From positions 18,001-82,000 of the forward strand of contig DLRJ01000113.1 in NCBI GenBank assembly GCA_002500485.1: a DNA stretch of 64,000 nucleotides. The letters are read 5' to 3'. Shown here piece after piece: positions 1-9,971 of the stretch. The position numbers were made by a program, and so were the translations under genes. The notes under the pieces were generated by a model. It did not search any database, was not told the DNA's origin, and worked only from the letters and a program-made list of their open reading frames with translations. This stretch comes from Dehalococcoidia bacterium UBA7891 (GTDB lineage: Bacteria > Chloroflexota > Dehalococcoidia > Lucifugimonadales > UBA826). Each line of letters begins with the position of its first letter. The stretch's first letter is position 1.

Positions 1-285
1 GGTGGATTGTATGAAAATATGCCAAGAATTTTGCCAAAAGATATAGAAGCTCAATTTGATGCTTCTCAGTGGGATGTCCCTGATGTTTTTGAATTTATCA
101 GAAAAACTGGTTTGGTTGATTCTAATGAGATGTATAGAGTTTTCAATATGGGTTTAGGAATGGTCATTGTTTGTGTTCCTGAAAAGGCTTCTAGGATTTT
201 AAAGAATGTTCCTAGTGCAAAAATAGTAGGGGAATTAAAGCAAAGAAGTTCTGATAATAGAGTCACAATAGAAAACAAAAGGTGA
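1..285 (+). CDS. purM: phosphoribosylformylglycinamidine cyclo-ligase (AIR synthetase), C-terminal fragment; the 5' end lies outside the window
   Basis: Frame 1 is open from base 1. The translation (..YRVFNMGLGMVIVC..AKIVGEL..) looks like the PurM C-terminal domain. purH follows 22 nt downstream. Confidence 0.85.
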   Translation, partial: GGLYENMPRILPKDIEAQFDASQWDVPDVFEFIRKTGLVDSNEMYRVFNMGLGMVIVCVPEKASRILKNVPSAKIVGELKQRSSDNRVTIENKR

Positions 286-307
286 TTATCAAAACCAGAA
301 GGGGTTT

Positions 308-1828
308 ATGAAAGCTTTATTAAGTGTCTACAACAAAAGAGAAATAGAGCTTATGGGAATTGCTCTTAGTGAAGCTGGATACGATATCGTGAGTACAGGG
401 GGCACTTACAACTCTCTGAAGAAAGCTGGCGTTCCAGTGAAGCAGATATCGGATCTCACGGGTTCCCCTGAGATATTGAATGGAAGAGTGAAGACGTTGC
501 ACCCGAAAGTCCATGGTGGAATTTTGGCCAGGCGTGACATTCCTGAGCATTTAGAAGAAATAGAATCACATGGCATATCTGAAATAGACGTGGTGGTAGC
601 GAATTTATATCCGTTTGTCGATACAGTGAAAAAAGACGATGTTTCATTGTCTGAGGCATTGGAAAATATCGATATAGGTGGACCGACAATGATTCGGTCG
701 GCCGCTAAAAATTTTCCCGATGTATTGGTTATCGTAGATCCAAGTGATTATGGTTGGGTCGCTGAGAAGATTTCTTGTGGCCAAAGTTTCACCAAAGAGG
801 AACGAAAAAAGTTAGCTCAAAAAGCTTTCCAGCATGTGGCTGTGTATGATACTGCAATATCAACTTGGCTGAGCGAAGCTCCTCTGGAATCTACGGAGTT
901 ATCCATTGGGCTTAATAAGGTAACGGATCTAAGATATGGGGAGAACCCTCACCAAGATGCTGTTTTATATCGGGATACATTAGGTGAAGGGGGAATCGTA
1001 CAGGCTGAACAACTCCATGGATTACCGATGTCTTACACGAATTATTTGGATGCAGATGCAGCATGGACAACAGTAACAAGTTTTAGCCAGACAGCTTGTG
1101 TCGTTGTAAAGCATACGAACCCCTGTGGCATTTCAGTGGATGATGATCAAGCCTCTGCATATGAAGGCGCCTTTCAAGGTGATTCTATTTCTGCTTATGG
1201 GGGAATAGTTGGGTTTAATACCGTGGTAACAAAAAAAACAGCCGAGTCAATGCGTGGAGTTTTGTTCGACATAATTGTTGCGCCTGACTATGAAGTGGAT
1301 GCCTTGGATATTTTGAGGAAGAGGAAAAGAACCCGGGTTCTTAAGGCTCGCAACGACTCTGGACCGTTTTCAAACCTAGAGGCGTTGACAATAACTGGTG
1401 GTATGTTAATTCAAACATCTGATCGAATTCAGGAGGACCCTGCCACATGGAAGATTGTTACTGATAGGCATCCAACTGAAACTGAATTAAGAGACCTTGA
1501 ATTTGCATGGAGCTGCTTGCGCCATATTAAATCCAACACAATAGTTTTAGCTAAAGACACCACATTAGTGGGGATGGGAGCAGGACAACCAAATAGGCTT
1601 GTGAGTGTGCATCTCGCATTGAGAATTTCAGGAGATAGGTCCATTGGTTCAACTCTAGCTTCTGATGCCTTTATGCCATTTGCCGATAATGTGGAATTGG
1701 CTGCCAGAGGTGGAATCACCGCTATTATTCAACCTGGCGGGTCTATAAGAGATGAAGAAGTAATAGAGGCGGCAAATCATCACTCTATTTCTATGATGTT
1801 TACGGGGATAAGGCATTTTAATCACTGA
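308..1828 (+). CDS. purH: bifunctional AICAR transformylase / IMP cyclohydrolase
   Basis: 506 aa. The N-terminal MGS-like domain reads ALLSVYNK..STGGT..ILNGRVKTLHPKVHGGILARRD, with NLYPF and a C-terminal AICARFT domain. Full length. Confidence 0.95.
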   Translation: MKALLSVYNKREIELMGIALSEAGYDIVSTGGTYNSLKKAGVPVKQISDLTGSPEILNGRVKTLHPKVHGGILARRDIPEHLEEIESHGISEIDVVVANLYPFVDTVKKDDVSLSEALENIDIGGPTMIRSAAKNFPDVLVIVDPSDYGWVAEKISCGQSFTKEERKKLAQKAFQHVAVYDTAISTWLSEAPLESTELSIGLNKVTDLRYGENPHQDAVLYRDTLGEGGIVQAEQLHGLPMSYTNYLDADAAWTTVTSFSQTACVVVKHTNPCGISVDDDQASAYEGAFQGDSISAYGGIVGFNTVVTKKTAESMRGVLFDIIVAPDYEVDALDILRKRKRTRVLKARNDSGPFSNLEALTITGGMLIQTSDRIQEDPATWKIVTDRHPTETELRDLEFAWSCLRHIKSNTIVLAKDTTLVGMGAGQPNRLVSVHLALRISGDRSIGSTLASDAFMPFADNVELAARGGITAIIQPGGSIRDEEVIEAANHHSISMMFTGIRHFNH

Positions 1829-1852
1829 CTAATGATGCTCTAGGGGAATATT

Positions 1853-2611
1853 TTGAGCGGATTTTCAAATTCTTTAGATATTGTGATACCTGTACTTAAC
1901 GAGGAAAAGGCATTAGAGAACAGCATTCATACCCTTGTTTCATTTTGCCAAAATAAAATCGGACATTATGATTGGGTTATTACAGTAGCTGACAACGGAT
2001 CCACCGATCAGACCTTGCAGATCGCTGAAATGTTATCAGAACAATATTCCAGAGTTCGGTTTATACGGTTGGAGGAGAGAGGTAGAGGGAGGGCACTTAA
2101 AATGGCTTGGTCTCAAAGCGAAGCAGCGATATTGGCTTACATGGATGTAGATCTTTCCACAGATTTAAATTGTTTACCTCAATTCTTAGAACCACTCAAT
2201 AGTTTAAAATTTCAGATCGTTATCGGATCTAGATTAATTTCGGGGTCCAAAGTAGTGGGAAGGTCTTTTAAAAGAGAATTTATCTCACGTTGTTATAGTA
2301 TTCTCTTTAGAACGATGTTTTTTGTCTCCTTTAAGGACGCTCAATGTGGATTTAAAGCTATATCTAGACAAGTGGCCCAAGAAGTTGTTCCGCTCGTCAA
2401 AAATAATGGTTGGTTTTTTGATACGGAGCTTTTGATATTGGCTGAGAAGAATGGTTATCCGGTTTTAGAAATTCCAGTGAAGTGGGTGGATGATCCAGAT
2501 TCTAGAGTGGATGTACTAAAAACTGCGGTTGAAGATATAAAAGGTCTATTAAGACTTAGATTTCAAGATTTAGATAAATCTCGAAAATTGCTTAAATTCA
2601 ATAAATCATGA
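1853..2611 (+). CDS. family 2 glycosyltransferase (polyprenyl/dolichyl-phosphate sugar transferase-like)
   Basis: 252 aa with a TTG start. GT-A motifs present: IVIPVLNEE, DNGSTD and a DxD-like MDVDLS. Confidence 0.8.
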   Translation: MSGFSNSLDIVIPVLNEEKALENSIHTLVSFCQNKIGHYDWVITVADNGSTDQTLQIAEMLSEQYSRVRFIRLEERGRGRALKMAWSQSEAAILAYMDVDLSTDLNCLPQFLEPLNSLKFQIVIGSRLISGSKVVGRSFKREFISRCYSILFRTMFFVSFKDAQCGFKAISRQVAQEVVPLVKNNGWFFDTELLILAEKNGYPVLEIPVKWVDDPDSRVDVLKTAVEDIKGLLRLRFQDLDKSRKLLKFNKS

Positions 2612-2741
2612 GACTAGATTGCTATGGCAGACCGGCGAGAGTACAATTGGAAACCCACAAATTCCTTCACTAGTGACGACAGGTAAATTATACAATTAGG
2701 AACAGAAGAAAAGCTTTCTTACTGTGCTGTAGGCCTGCTGA

Positions 2742-3773
2742 ATGACAACACCTCAATTTGATATAAGACCATCACTAATCAAAGGTGATCCGGCTGACGC
2801 GTACTTACATTGGACCAAAGAAGTTATGCGTTTGGAATCTTTGAACCCTAAGGTGTTAATGGATTTTTCGACCCCTAACCCTGGTGTTTTATGTGGAGTT
2901 GAAGAAGCTAAAGCTCTGCTTTTAAATGTACTACCCAAGGTTGAACAGGATCGACAGGCAAGTAACGGTGGCGATATCGTACAAGTTTGGGCGATGGAAG
3001 AAGGTGAAAAATTTGAAGCTGGAGAACCCGTTTTGCGAGTTATAGCGAAATATGCTTCATTCGGTCTCTACGAAACTAGCATATTGGGTATGCTTTCATC
3101 GTCTAGTGGATGGGCTACTGCCTCCAATGAATGTGTTGAGGCGGCTGGAGAAACCACGGTAATAGCTTATGGCGCTCGGCATATACATCCCAATGTGGCG
3201 CACATACTCGACTACGCTTCAGTTGTAGGTGGTTGTTCTTCCGTTTCTACTATTTTGGGGTCCAAACACGCAGGAAGGAACCCACTTGGGAACATGCCTC
3301 ACAGCTTACCTTTATTGTTTGGGGATACAGTTGCTGCTGCCCAGGCATTTGATAAGCATATTGGTATGGAAACTCAACGAATAGTGGTGGTTGATACTTT
3401 TAAGGATGAAGCAGAAGAATCTCTAAACGTTGCGGAAGCTCTCAGGGATCGGCTTAGGGGGATAAGGTTGGACACACCAGCTGAAAGGGGTGGTGTTACT
3501 CCCATGTTGGTTAAGGAAATTCGAAATCGACTTGACCATATGAATTTCAAGCATGTGGAAATATACGTAAGTGGTGGATTCACTCCTGAAAAAATCCAAG
3601 AGTTTCAAGAGTTGAAGGCACCTGTTAATGGATATTTAGTTGGTAGTTACATTTCTTCTGCTGTCCCAAATGAATTTCGAGCGGATATTCTTGAAATAGA
3701 AGATAAACCAGTTGCTAAAAGAGGCCGTGTTCCAGGTCGTCTTGACGGAAATCGATTAGATAGGATTCTTTAG
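2742..3773 (+). CDS. pncB: nicotinate phosphoribosyltransferase (short archaeal-like type, type II PRTase fold)
   Basis: 343 aa with a GIRLDTP motif and the overall NAPRTase/QAPRTase-family pattern (..YGARHIHP.., ..VSGGF..). Confidence 0.7.
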   Translation: MTTPQFDIRPSLIKGDPADAYLHWTKEVMRLESLNPKVLMDFSTPNPGVLCGVEEAKALLLNVLPKVEQDRQASNGGDIVQVWAMEEGEKFEAGEPVLRVIAKYASFGLYETSILGMLSSSSGWATASNECVEAAGETTVIAYGARHIHPNVAHILDYASVVGGCSSVSTILGSKHAGRNPLGNMPHSLPLLFGDTVAAAQAFDKHIGMETQRIVVVDTFKDEAEESLNVAEALRDRLRGIRLDTPAERGGVTPMLVKEIRNRLDHMNFKHVEIYVSGGFTPEKIQEFQELKAPVNGYLVGSYISSAVPNEFRADILEIEDKPVAKRGRVPGRLDGNRLDRIL

Positions 3774-3841
3774 TTTTGAGCTAATAGACCTCGTTCCTGT
3801 GAGGATATAATTTGGAATTGGATGGCGTTAAAAAACCAATT

Positions 3842-5278
3842 TCAATATTTTTCAGGATCAAATTCAATATAAAGAGAATGTTCACTTTTTGATGGCATCG
3901 CCCACTCTGCTACCCTCCAACCTACCACGGCAGCGATTCCCATATTTGAAACTATTAGTGGAACAGAATCTCTATCTATTCGTGGTATTTTTGAATCCAC
4001 CATGAAATCTTGTAACTTTTTAGTGTTTTTCATGCCAGATGGTTGAAACACATCGCCTGGATTTCGAGAACGCACCCATAATGATTGATTCATCAAATCT
4101 TTATTTAGAAACGTTGATTTCACCCTTTTTACATTCTTATTCTCAGAAGAAAAATTACAGGGTTTCAAAAATGCCGATATTTTCCAACGATCGGTGACAG
4201 TAGTTCCTGGAGTTGCTATCCCTGTGGGGCGATTCAAAACAGGTGCGGGTAAAAAATCGTCGTTAGACTTGGATATTAAAAGAGTGTCATAACTTTTAGT
4301 TGCAATAACCTTTCCCGGAAGATTAACTGAGCGTCCTGAAATCCCTTTAGTTATATCTAACATCAATTCGACGTGATTATATGTCAGGTTATGCTCATCG
4401 CCTTTCATGTCTGTGGCGGCCTTTTTTAAAATTCTCCATGTCAAAGAAGCATCTAACCGTTGAAGTCGATTTATATTGAGTACAATAACCCCGTTTGATG
4501 TTGTGGCAATGGAAGGCCAAATCTCTTCTATTTTTGATTGTATATAATCATGGTCCCTCCTAGCTAAATTTCCTAATTTAACAAGAGATTTGGATATTTC
4601 AGGGTTATATTTTTTCAAAGACGGAATCAACTCTAATCGGATTGAATTACGGGTATACTCTGTCGAAAAATTCGTACTGTCTGCTTTCCACGGAATATCG
4701 TAATCCTCACAATATTTGAGTATGGATTCTCGGCTCACGGAAAGCATCGGTCGAAATATTTTTAAAGCCAATCCTTGAATTGTTTGAGTCGATAACTTGG
4801 CCATACCTTGAAGTCCATTTAGACCAGAACCTCGGATAGCATGCATTAGTATAGTTTCCGCTTGGTCATCAAAATTATGCCCTAGAGTGAGAACCGAATT
4901 CCTTTTACTTTGAGAGATGTGGGTTGCAAAGAATTCAAATCTCGCGGTGCGAGCTGCCGCTTCCACTGACATCTTATTTTTCTTAGAGAGTGCTAGAACA
5001 TTGCCTTGAGATACAAAAGTTGGGACATCTAACAATTTAAAGAAATTCTTCACGAAGTCGGAATCTGATTTTGCTTCCTTGCCTCTGATCTGATGATTGA
5101 AATGAAGAATCTCAATCTCAGAATGCAGCTTAGGGTTACTTGTAATTAAAACATGGGCCATTGCCATGGAATCAGGCCCACCAGAAACCGCAAGTGAAAG
5201 AGGACGACCTGAAAGATTGTTGCTATGTACTGAATTTATAATGGTTTCCCGAAGTGATTCCGGTTTCATGTACAACAC
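3842..5278 (-). CDS. tilS: tRNA(Ile)-lysidine synthase
   Basis: 478 aa. N-terminal PP-loop SGGPDSMAM, then a TilS substrate-binding and C-terminal domain layout. Confidence 0.9.
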   Translation of the reverse strand: MLYMKPESLRETIINSVHSNNLSGRPLSLAVSGGPDSMAMAHVLITSNPKLHSEIEILHFNHQIRGKEAKSDSDFVKNFFKLLDVPTFVSQGNVLALSKKNKMSVEAAARTARFEFFATHISQSKRNSVLTLGHNFDDQAETILMHAIRGSGLNGLQGMAKLSTQTIQGLALKIFRPMLSVSRESILKYCEDYDIPWKADSTNFSTEYTRNSIRLELIPSLKKYNPEISKSLVKLGNLARRDHDYIQSKIEEIWPSIATTSNGVIVLNINRLQRLDASLTWRILKKAATDMKGDEHNLTYNHVELMLDITKGISGRSVNLPGKVIATKSYDTLLISKSNDDFLPAPVLNRPTGIATPGTTVTDRWKISAFLKPCNFSSENKNVKRVKSTFLNKDLMNQSLWVRSRNPGDVFQPSGMKNTKKLQDFMVDSKIPRIDRDSVPLIVSNMGIAAVVGWRVAEWAMPSKSEHSLYIEFDPEKY

Positions 5279-5299
5279 CTTTGAAAGGGGTTTTTAGAG

Positions 5300-5911
5300 T
5301 CAGTCAATGGGGCATATATCGTTCATTCTAAGTAGGCGAGATGAGTCATTTTCAATCTCAATGAATGACAATGATCCTAGATCAATAACTAGTTTTTCAA
5401 AGTTGTTGGATTTAATTCCTAATACATTGCAGAGTATGCCCTGTATCGGGAAAAGGTGAGCCACAACAACAACCAAGGATTCATTATATTCATCAAAGAT
5501 ATTTAGAATGGATTTCCAAGCTCTTGTATGCACCTCTCCAAGAGTTTCACCACCTGGAGGTCTGGCAGTAGAATGGTCACGTCTCCAACTTTTCATATAG
5601 TCAGGATATTTATCATTCATGTCCGAGGCTTTGATGCCCTCCATTTCACCGGAATTCATCTCTTTCAAGCCATCAATAAAGATGGGATTTAGGTTAGTGT
5701 AGTTAGAAATATATCTGGCAGTTTCCTTTGCTCTTTGGTATGGACTTGAGAATAGGATAGTGGGAGAAGGGTCCATTAAAGATATTTTTTTTGCAGCTGC
5801 TTTGGCTTGATCCCTTCCTAATTCCGTTAAAGGTACGTCACTTGTTCCGAGGACTAGTTGTTCTTTATTCGCTATTGTTTCGCCGTGTCTAACCAGTATT
5901 ATCTGCATCAA
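5300..5911 (-). CDS. histidine phosphatase family protein (phosphoglycerate mutase / alpha-ribazole phosphatase-like)
   Basis: 203 aa. RHGET catalytic motif at the N-terminus (ILVRHGETIAN) and a second His in VVAH. The start overlaps the upstream gene's end by 23 nt. Confidence 0.8.
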   Translation of the reverse strand: MMQIILVRHGETIANKEQLVLGTSDVPLTELGRDQAKAAAKKISLMDPSPTILFSSPYQRAKETARYISNYTNLNPIFIDGLKEMNSGEMEGIKASDMNDKYPDYMKSWRRDHSTARPPGGETLGEVHTRAWKSILNIFDEYNESLVVVVAHLFPIQGILCNVLGIKSNNFEKLVIDLGSLSFIEIENDSSRLLRMNDICPID

Positions 5912-7208
5912 GTATTTTGTCCGATTTTGAATCTTTGGGTGTTTTCATAGGGTTTGGATTTCTTGTGATTAGTAGAGACTCAACCCGAAATCGGTCCATT
6001 TCTAATATGCGAAAGGTCATATCTTCATATTCAAACTCATCATTTATCTTAGGTATTTCACCTATCTGATCAAGTACAAAACCGGCTATTGTCTCGTATT
6101 CGCCTTCTGGTAGTTCTAAATCCATCTCGCTGTTAGCGTCCGCTATATCCATGCCACCTTCAATTTGGAAAACGTTGGGCCTGATGTTTTCGTATTCAAT
6201 TTCTGGCGATTCACCCTCTTCACCAACCTTACCGACTATCAGCTCTGTTAGTCTTTTTAGCGTCACAAGACCGGCAAGGCCACCATACTCATCAAGGCAG
6301 ATCGCCATTTGGTTACCAGCGTGTCGTAATTCTTCAAAAAGTTCGGATGCCCATTTTGTTTCGGGAACAAAGTGAGCATCTCGAATAACATCAGTTACAG
6401 AATCATTTCCATTTATTCCTTTGGTTGATAAAATTCTTAACACATCCTTGGCAGAAATAATCCCAACAATATTTTCGTTTGTATCCTTATAAATTGGGAA
6501 TCGTGTGTGAGAGTGTTCAGAGTAAATATTTAGGAAGTCATTAAGGGTGGTCCCTCGGTCCATAACAATAATTTCGGTTCGTGGGGTCATTATCTCCCTG
6601 ACCTGTGTGTCTCCAAAACGGAAAACATTTTCTAGCATTTCGGCTTCATTTGGCTCTACAGTGCCTTCAGCCTCACCAAGATCTATCATTGATAAAATCT
6701 CGCCTTCTGTCACTACTTCTTCTTGTTCCTTTCCAAAAATAGATTGGGTGGTCCTTGATAACCACTGAAGGAATAGAATCAAGGGGTATAGGGAAAGTTC
6801 TATTAATTTCAGAGGCCTCGCGTATAAAAACGACACTCGCTCCGATTTTTTTACAGCAAGACTTTTGGGGATTATTTCTCCAAATATTAACAGCAATCCT
6901 GTACCTACTATCGTAGCCGCAGCGACAGCAACAGGGCCTTCCTTTAACCATTTGACAGCTAGGGCCGTGACTACTGCTGTAAAGGCAACATTTACTAGGT
7001 TATTGCCTAATAATATGGTTGAAAGTAATCTTTCTGTGTTAGTCACCATATCGTGAACACGTTTTGCCCCGGGTATGTTGTTAGTCACCAAATAATTTAG
7101 ACGTGTTCTTTGAAGAGATAGAAAAGCAGCTTCTGAACTTGAAAAGAAGGCAGACAGAAGAAGAAATACCCCAATTAGTACTATGCTTACAGCTGTGTCG
7201 GTCGACAA
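5889..7208 (-). CDS. CNNM/DUF21 - CBS pair - CorC_HlyC family membrane protein (hemolysin family / Mg-Co efflux-like)
   Basis: 439 aa. Four N-terminal TM helices, a tandem CBS region and a C-terminal CorC/HlyC-like domain (..IAGFVLDQIGEIP..). Confidence 0.85.
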   Translation of the reverse strand: MSTDTAVSIVLIGVFLLLSAFFSSSEAAFLSLQRTRLNYLVTNNIPGAKRVHDMVTNTERLLSTILLGNNLVNVAFTAVVTALAVKWLKEGPVAVAAATIVGTGLLLIFGEIIPKSLAVKKSERVSFLYARPLKLIELSLYPLILFLQWLSRTTQSIFGKEQEEVVTEGEILSMIDLGEAEGTVEPNEAEMLENVFRFGDTQVREIMTPRTEIIVMDRGTTLNDFLNIYSEHSHTRFPIYKDTNENIVGIISAKDVLRILSTKGINGNDSVTDVIRDAHFVPETKWASELFEELRHAGNQMAICLDEYGGLAGLVTLKRLTELIVGKVGEEGESPEIEYENIRPNVFQIEGGMDIADANSEMDLELPEGEYETIAGFVLDQIGEIPKINDEFEYEDMTFRILEMDRFRVESLLITRNPNPMKTPKDSKSDKILDADNTG

Positions 7209-7282
7209 AAACTACCTCCAATATCTACGTAACACCGGACAGATTATGGAGATAATTATAGATTGATTGCGTTGGCGGTGTT

Positions 7283-7828
7283 TTAAAAAGAAGATTGATT
7301 GTTATTCCAGGCTTCTGATATGACCGTGCGGGAGATAGAAAAATTAAACCCTCTTCTCTGTAAATAGCCTTCCAGTTTTTTATAAAAATCCTCTTTTCCA
7401 AGCCCATTTAGTGATCTAGCTTTTTTATTAGCGCATAAGGTAGCGTTCTCAATATCGCTTAGCTGTGAAATGGCTTTTTCTGCAAAATGTTCTGAAATTC
7501 CTTTTGAAAGCAACTCTTGTTTAATAGACTTTTTACTTTTTGGTCGAGATTGTTGCCTACTATCAACCCACATTTGAGCGAACCTTTGATCATTAAGTAA
7601 TCCTTCTCTATACATTTGAGCAACTGAATCTAAAACTATTTCATGGGAAAATATTTTCAGTAGTCGTATTCGTAGCTCGCCCTCACTTCTGGGTCGATAT
7701 GAGATGAATCGCCTGGATACATTGTTGGCATTCTCGAGGTCTTTGTCACTTTGCAAAAAGTCAGGTGGTTCTGATGAAATATTTTCATTAGAGCCGTTTA
7801 AATTTTCGGGCAATTTTATAATTTTCAA
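7283..7828 (-). CDS. recX: recombination regulator RecX
   Basis: 181 aa, immediately downstream of recA on the same strand. Shows RecX three-helix-repeat-like sequence (..SEGELRIRLLK.., ..GLLNDQRFAQMWV.., ..YLQRRGF..). Confidence 0.85.
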   Translation of the reverse strand: MKIIKLPENLNGSNENISSEPPDFLQSDKDLENANNVSRRFISYRPRSEGELRIRLLKIFSHEIVLDSVAQMYREGLLNDQRFAQMWVDSRQQSRPKSKKSIKQELLSKGISEHFAEKAISQLSDIENATLCANKKARSLNGLGKEDFYKKLEGYLQRRGFNFSISRTVISEAWNNNQSSF

Positions 7829-7842
7829 GGTAAAGAACTTAT

Positions 7843-8901
7843 TTATATAGCTTTGTTTACTTCTTCGTCACTCCCAAAATCATCCATTGGTACGATTACA
7901 TCATCCATTGGTTCTGGATTTAATGCTGCTTTAACCATTTCATTAATTTCATCAGTTAAAACCGGATTTTCTTTAAGGAATGTTTTAGCACTTTCTCTTC
8001 CACGTCCTATTTGGACTTCCCCAAAAGAATAGAAAGCCCCACTCTTTTTCACGATAGAGTGATCAACAGCTAAATCTAGTAAATCACCTTCCCTACTTAT
8101 GCCTTCGTTGAACATAATGTCGAATTCAGCTGTTTTAAATGGAGCAGCCAGTTTATTTTTTACAACTCTCGCCCGAACACGATTACCGACAATGTCAGTT
8201 CCCTGCTTTAAGGATTCTATTTTTCTAAGATCAATTCGAACAGAGCTGTAGAACTTAAGTGCTCGTCCACCAGGTGTTGTTTCTGGACTTCCCCAGAAAA
8301 CACCAACCTTTTCTCTAATTTGGTTTATAAATATAACGGCAGTGTTTGATTTGCTTATAGACGAAGTTAATTTCCGAAGACCTTGTGACATCAGTCGTGC
8401 TTGCAACCCTATGTGAGAGTCGCCCATATCTCCTTCCAGTTCAGCCTTTGGCACCATAGCGGCAACACTGTCAATCACGACCACATCCACTGCACTGCTG
8501 CGGACAAGATATTCACATATCTCCAAAGCTTGTTCTGCAGTGTCGGGTTGAGAGACTAGGAGATTTTCGGTGTCGACGCCACAACGAGCAGCATAACTAG
8601 GGTCGAGAGCATGCTCTGCATCAATGTAGGCTGCAGTTCCTCCGTCTCTTTGTGCAGAGGCCATAACATGATATGTGAGAGTTGATTTGCCGGAAGATTC
8701 AGCTCCGTATACTTCAGTAACTCGACCTTTCGGTATTCCGCCCATCCCGAGACCAGCATCGAGAGAGGGTGAGCCTGTTGAAATAGAATCTACTGCCACA
8801 TCTTGAGCGTCACCCAGCTTCATTACAGCACCTTTGCCAAAATGTTTGTCTATTTGGCTGATGGCTAGTTCTAGAGCTGTTGTTTTTTCTTTTTTGTCCA
8901 T
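7843..8901 (-). CDS. recA: recombinase RecA
   Basis: Walker [13 protein letters not shown] and a classical RecA core. I chose the ATG at 8901 (MDKKEK..) because AGGAG lies 7 nt upstream; the ORF-track start at 8937 adds 12 unlikely residues. Confidence 0.97.
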   Translation of the reverse strand: MDKKEKTTALELAISQIDKHFGKGAVMKLGDAQDVAVDSISTGSPSLDAGLGMGGIPKGRVTEVYGAESSGKSTLTYHVMASAQRDGGTAAYIDAEHALDPSYAARCGVDTENLLVSQPDTAEQALEICEYLVRSSAVDVVVIDSVAAMVPKAELEGDMGDSHIGLQARLMSQGLRKLTSSISKSNTAVIFINQIREKVGVFWGSPETTPGGRALKFYSSVRIDLRKIESLKQGTDIVGNRVRARVVKNKLAAPFKTAEFDIMFNEGISREGDLLDLAVDHSIVKKSGAFYSFGEVQIGRGRESAKTFLKENPVLTDEINEMVKAALNPEPMDDVIVPMDDFGSDEEVNKAI

Positions 8902-8985
8902 CAAGAATCTCCTGAAAACTTTTAGTGCATGAGGCATAAATATGAATATTTACAAGAAGGTTAGCACAGCGATGTTACAAAGTAA

Positions 8986-8997
8986 ATACAAATGTTC
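8986..8997. promoter_or_regulatory. candidate LexA (Cheo-type GAAC-N4-GTTC-like) operator half-degenerate site 1 upstream of recA
   Basis: The plus strand reads ATACAAATGTTC, which is GAACATTTGTAT on the recA strand. One perfect GAAC/GTTC half. Lies 85-96 nt upstream of the recA ATG. Confidence 0.3.
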
Positions 8998-9017
8998 TAA
9001 AAAGAATCAGTAAAATA

Positions 9018-9029
9018 GAACATGAGTAC
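9018..9029. promoter_or_regulatory. candidate LexA (Cheo-type) operator site 2 upstream of recA
   Basis: The plus strand reads GAACATGAGTAC (GAAC-N4-GTAC, one mismatch to GAAC-N4-GTTC). Both sites share the extended TAGAACAT arm, in inverted orientation to each other. Confidence 0.35.
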
Positions 9030-9041
9030 GATAAAAGAATG

Positions 9042-9917
9042 TTAAGAAATCAGCTCTTTGAGGGTGTCCCCAATTTCACCTGGTCCTGGGATTATAGAGA
9101 CTCCAGCGGCAGAGAGGGCAGCCTGTTTTTCCTCGGCTTTTCCGGCAGAGCCGGTAATGATAGCCCCCGCATGGCCCATTCGTTTTCCTGGAGGGGCACT
9201 TTGGCCTACTATCAAGGCGGCAATTGGCTTTTTGAACTCACTTTTAATGTATTCCGCAGCTTCTTGCTCTTTTGTTCCGCCAATCTCCCCTATCATAACC
9301 ACATTATCTGTATCAGGATCATCCTTAAATTTTTCTAAGATATCCACGAATGTCACTCCGGATACTGGGTCGCCACCAATCCCTACACATGTCGACTGGC
9401 CAATGCCGAGTTGAGTCAATTGTCCGACTGCTTCATATGTTAGGGTGCCACTTCTTGAGACGACACCGGTCCTACCGGGCAAATGGATATGGCCTGGCAT
9501 GATTCCCATTTTGAAGTTTTCTCCAGGAGAAATGATTCCTGGGCAGTTGGGTCCAATTAGAGTGACTTCCTTATCTCTAAGATACCTGACCACCTTTATA
9601 GTATCTTGGACTGGGATCCCTTCGGTGATACAGGCAATTACTTCTATACCGGCATCTATGGATTCAACGATCGCGTCTGCTGCGAATGCAGGTGGGACAA
9701 AAATCAAAGAGGCATTGGCAGAAGTTTCTTTTACGGCCTGTTGCACTGTGTCATAGACAGGAACCGTCGTATTAAAATTCTGTCCACCTTTTCCGGGAGT
9801 CACCCCTGCTACCAGATTTGCACCATACTCGGCCGATCTTTGTGCATGATAGCTACCTTCTTTTCCGGTAATTCCTTGGACTAATAGCTTGGTTGATTTA
9901 TCTACGAGAATACTCAT
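9042..9917 (-). CDS. sucD: succinate--CoA ligase subunit alpha
   Basis: 291 aa. Reads [21 protein letters not shown].. with the phosphohistidine loop MGHAGAII. Directly downstream of sucC. Confidence 0.95.
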   Translation of the reverse strand: MSILVDKSTKLLVQGITGKEGSYHAQRSAEYGANLVAGVTPGKGGQNFNTTVPVYDTVQQAVKETSANASLIFVPPAFAADAIVESIDAGIEVIACITEGIPVQDTIKVVRYLRDKEVTLIGPNCPGIISPGENFKMGIMPGHIHLPGRTGVVSRSGTLTYEAVGQLTQLGIGQSTCVGIGGDPVSGVTFVDILEKFKDDPDTDNVVMIGEIGGTKEQEAAEYIKSEFKKPIAALIVGQSAPPGKRMGHAGAIITGSAGKAEEKQAALSAAGVSIIPGPGEIGDTLKELIS

Positions 9918-9971
9918 GTATTTGTTCCTATAAGCTGGAGTAAATGTATGTATTGGTAACTTATGTTTGGG

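Noticed and set aside
8902-8937. N-terminal extensions proposed by the ORF track for recA (8937), SDR paralog 2 (36293) and the class II aldolase (42355).
   Set aside because: Internal ATGs (8901, 36236, 42427) give N-termini that match the family or the paralog. For recA the internal ATG is preceded by AGGAG. The aldolase extension would run inside the kinase gene.
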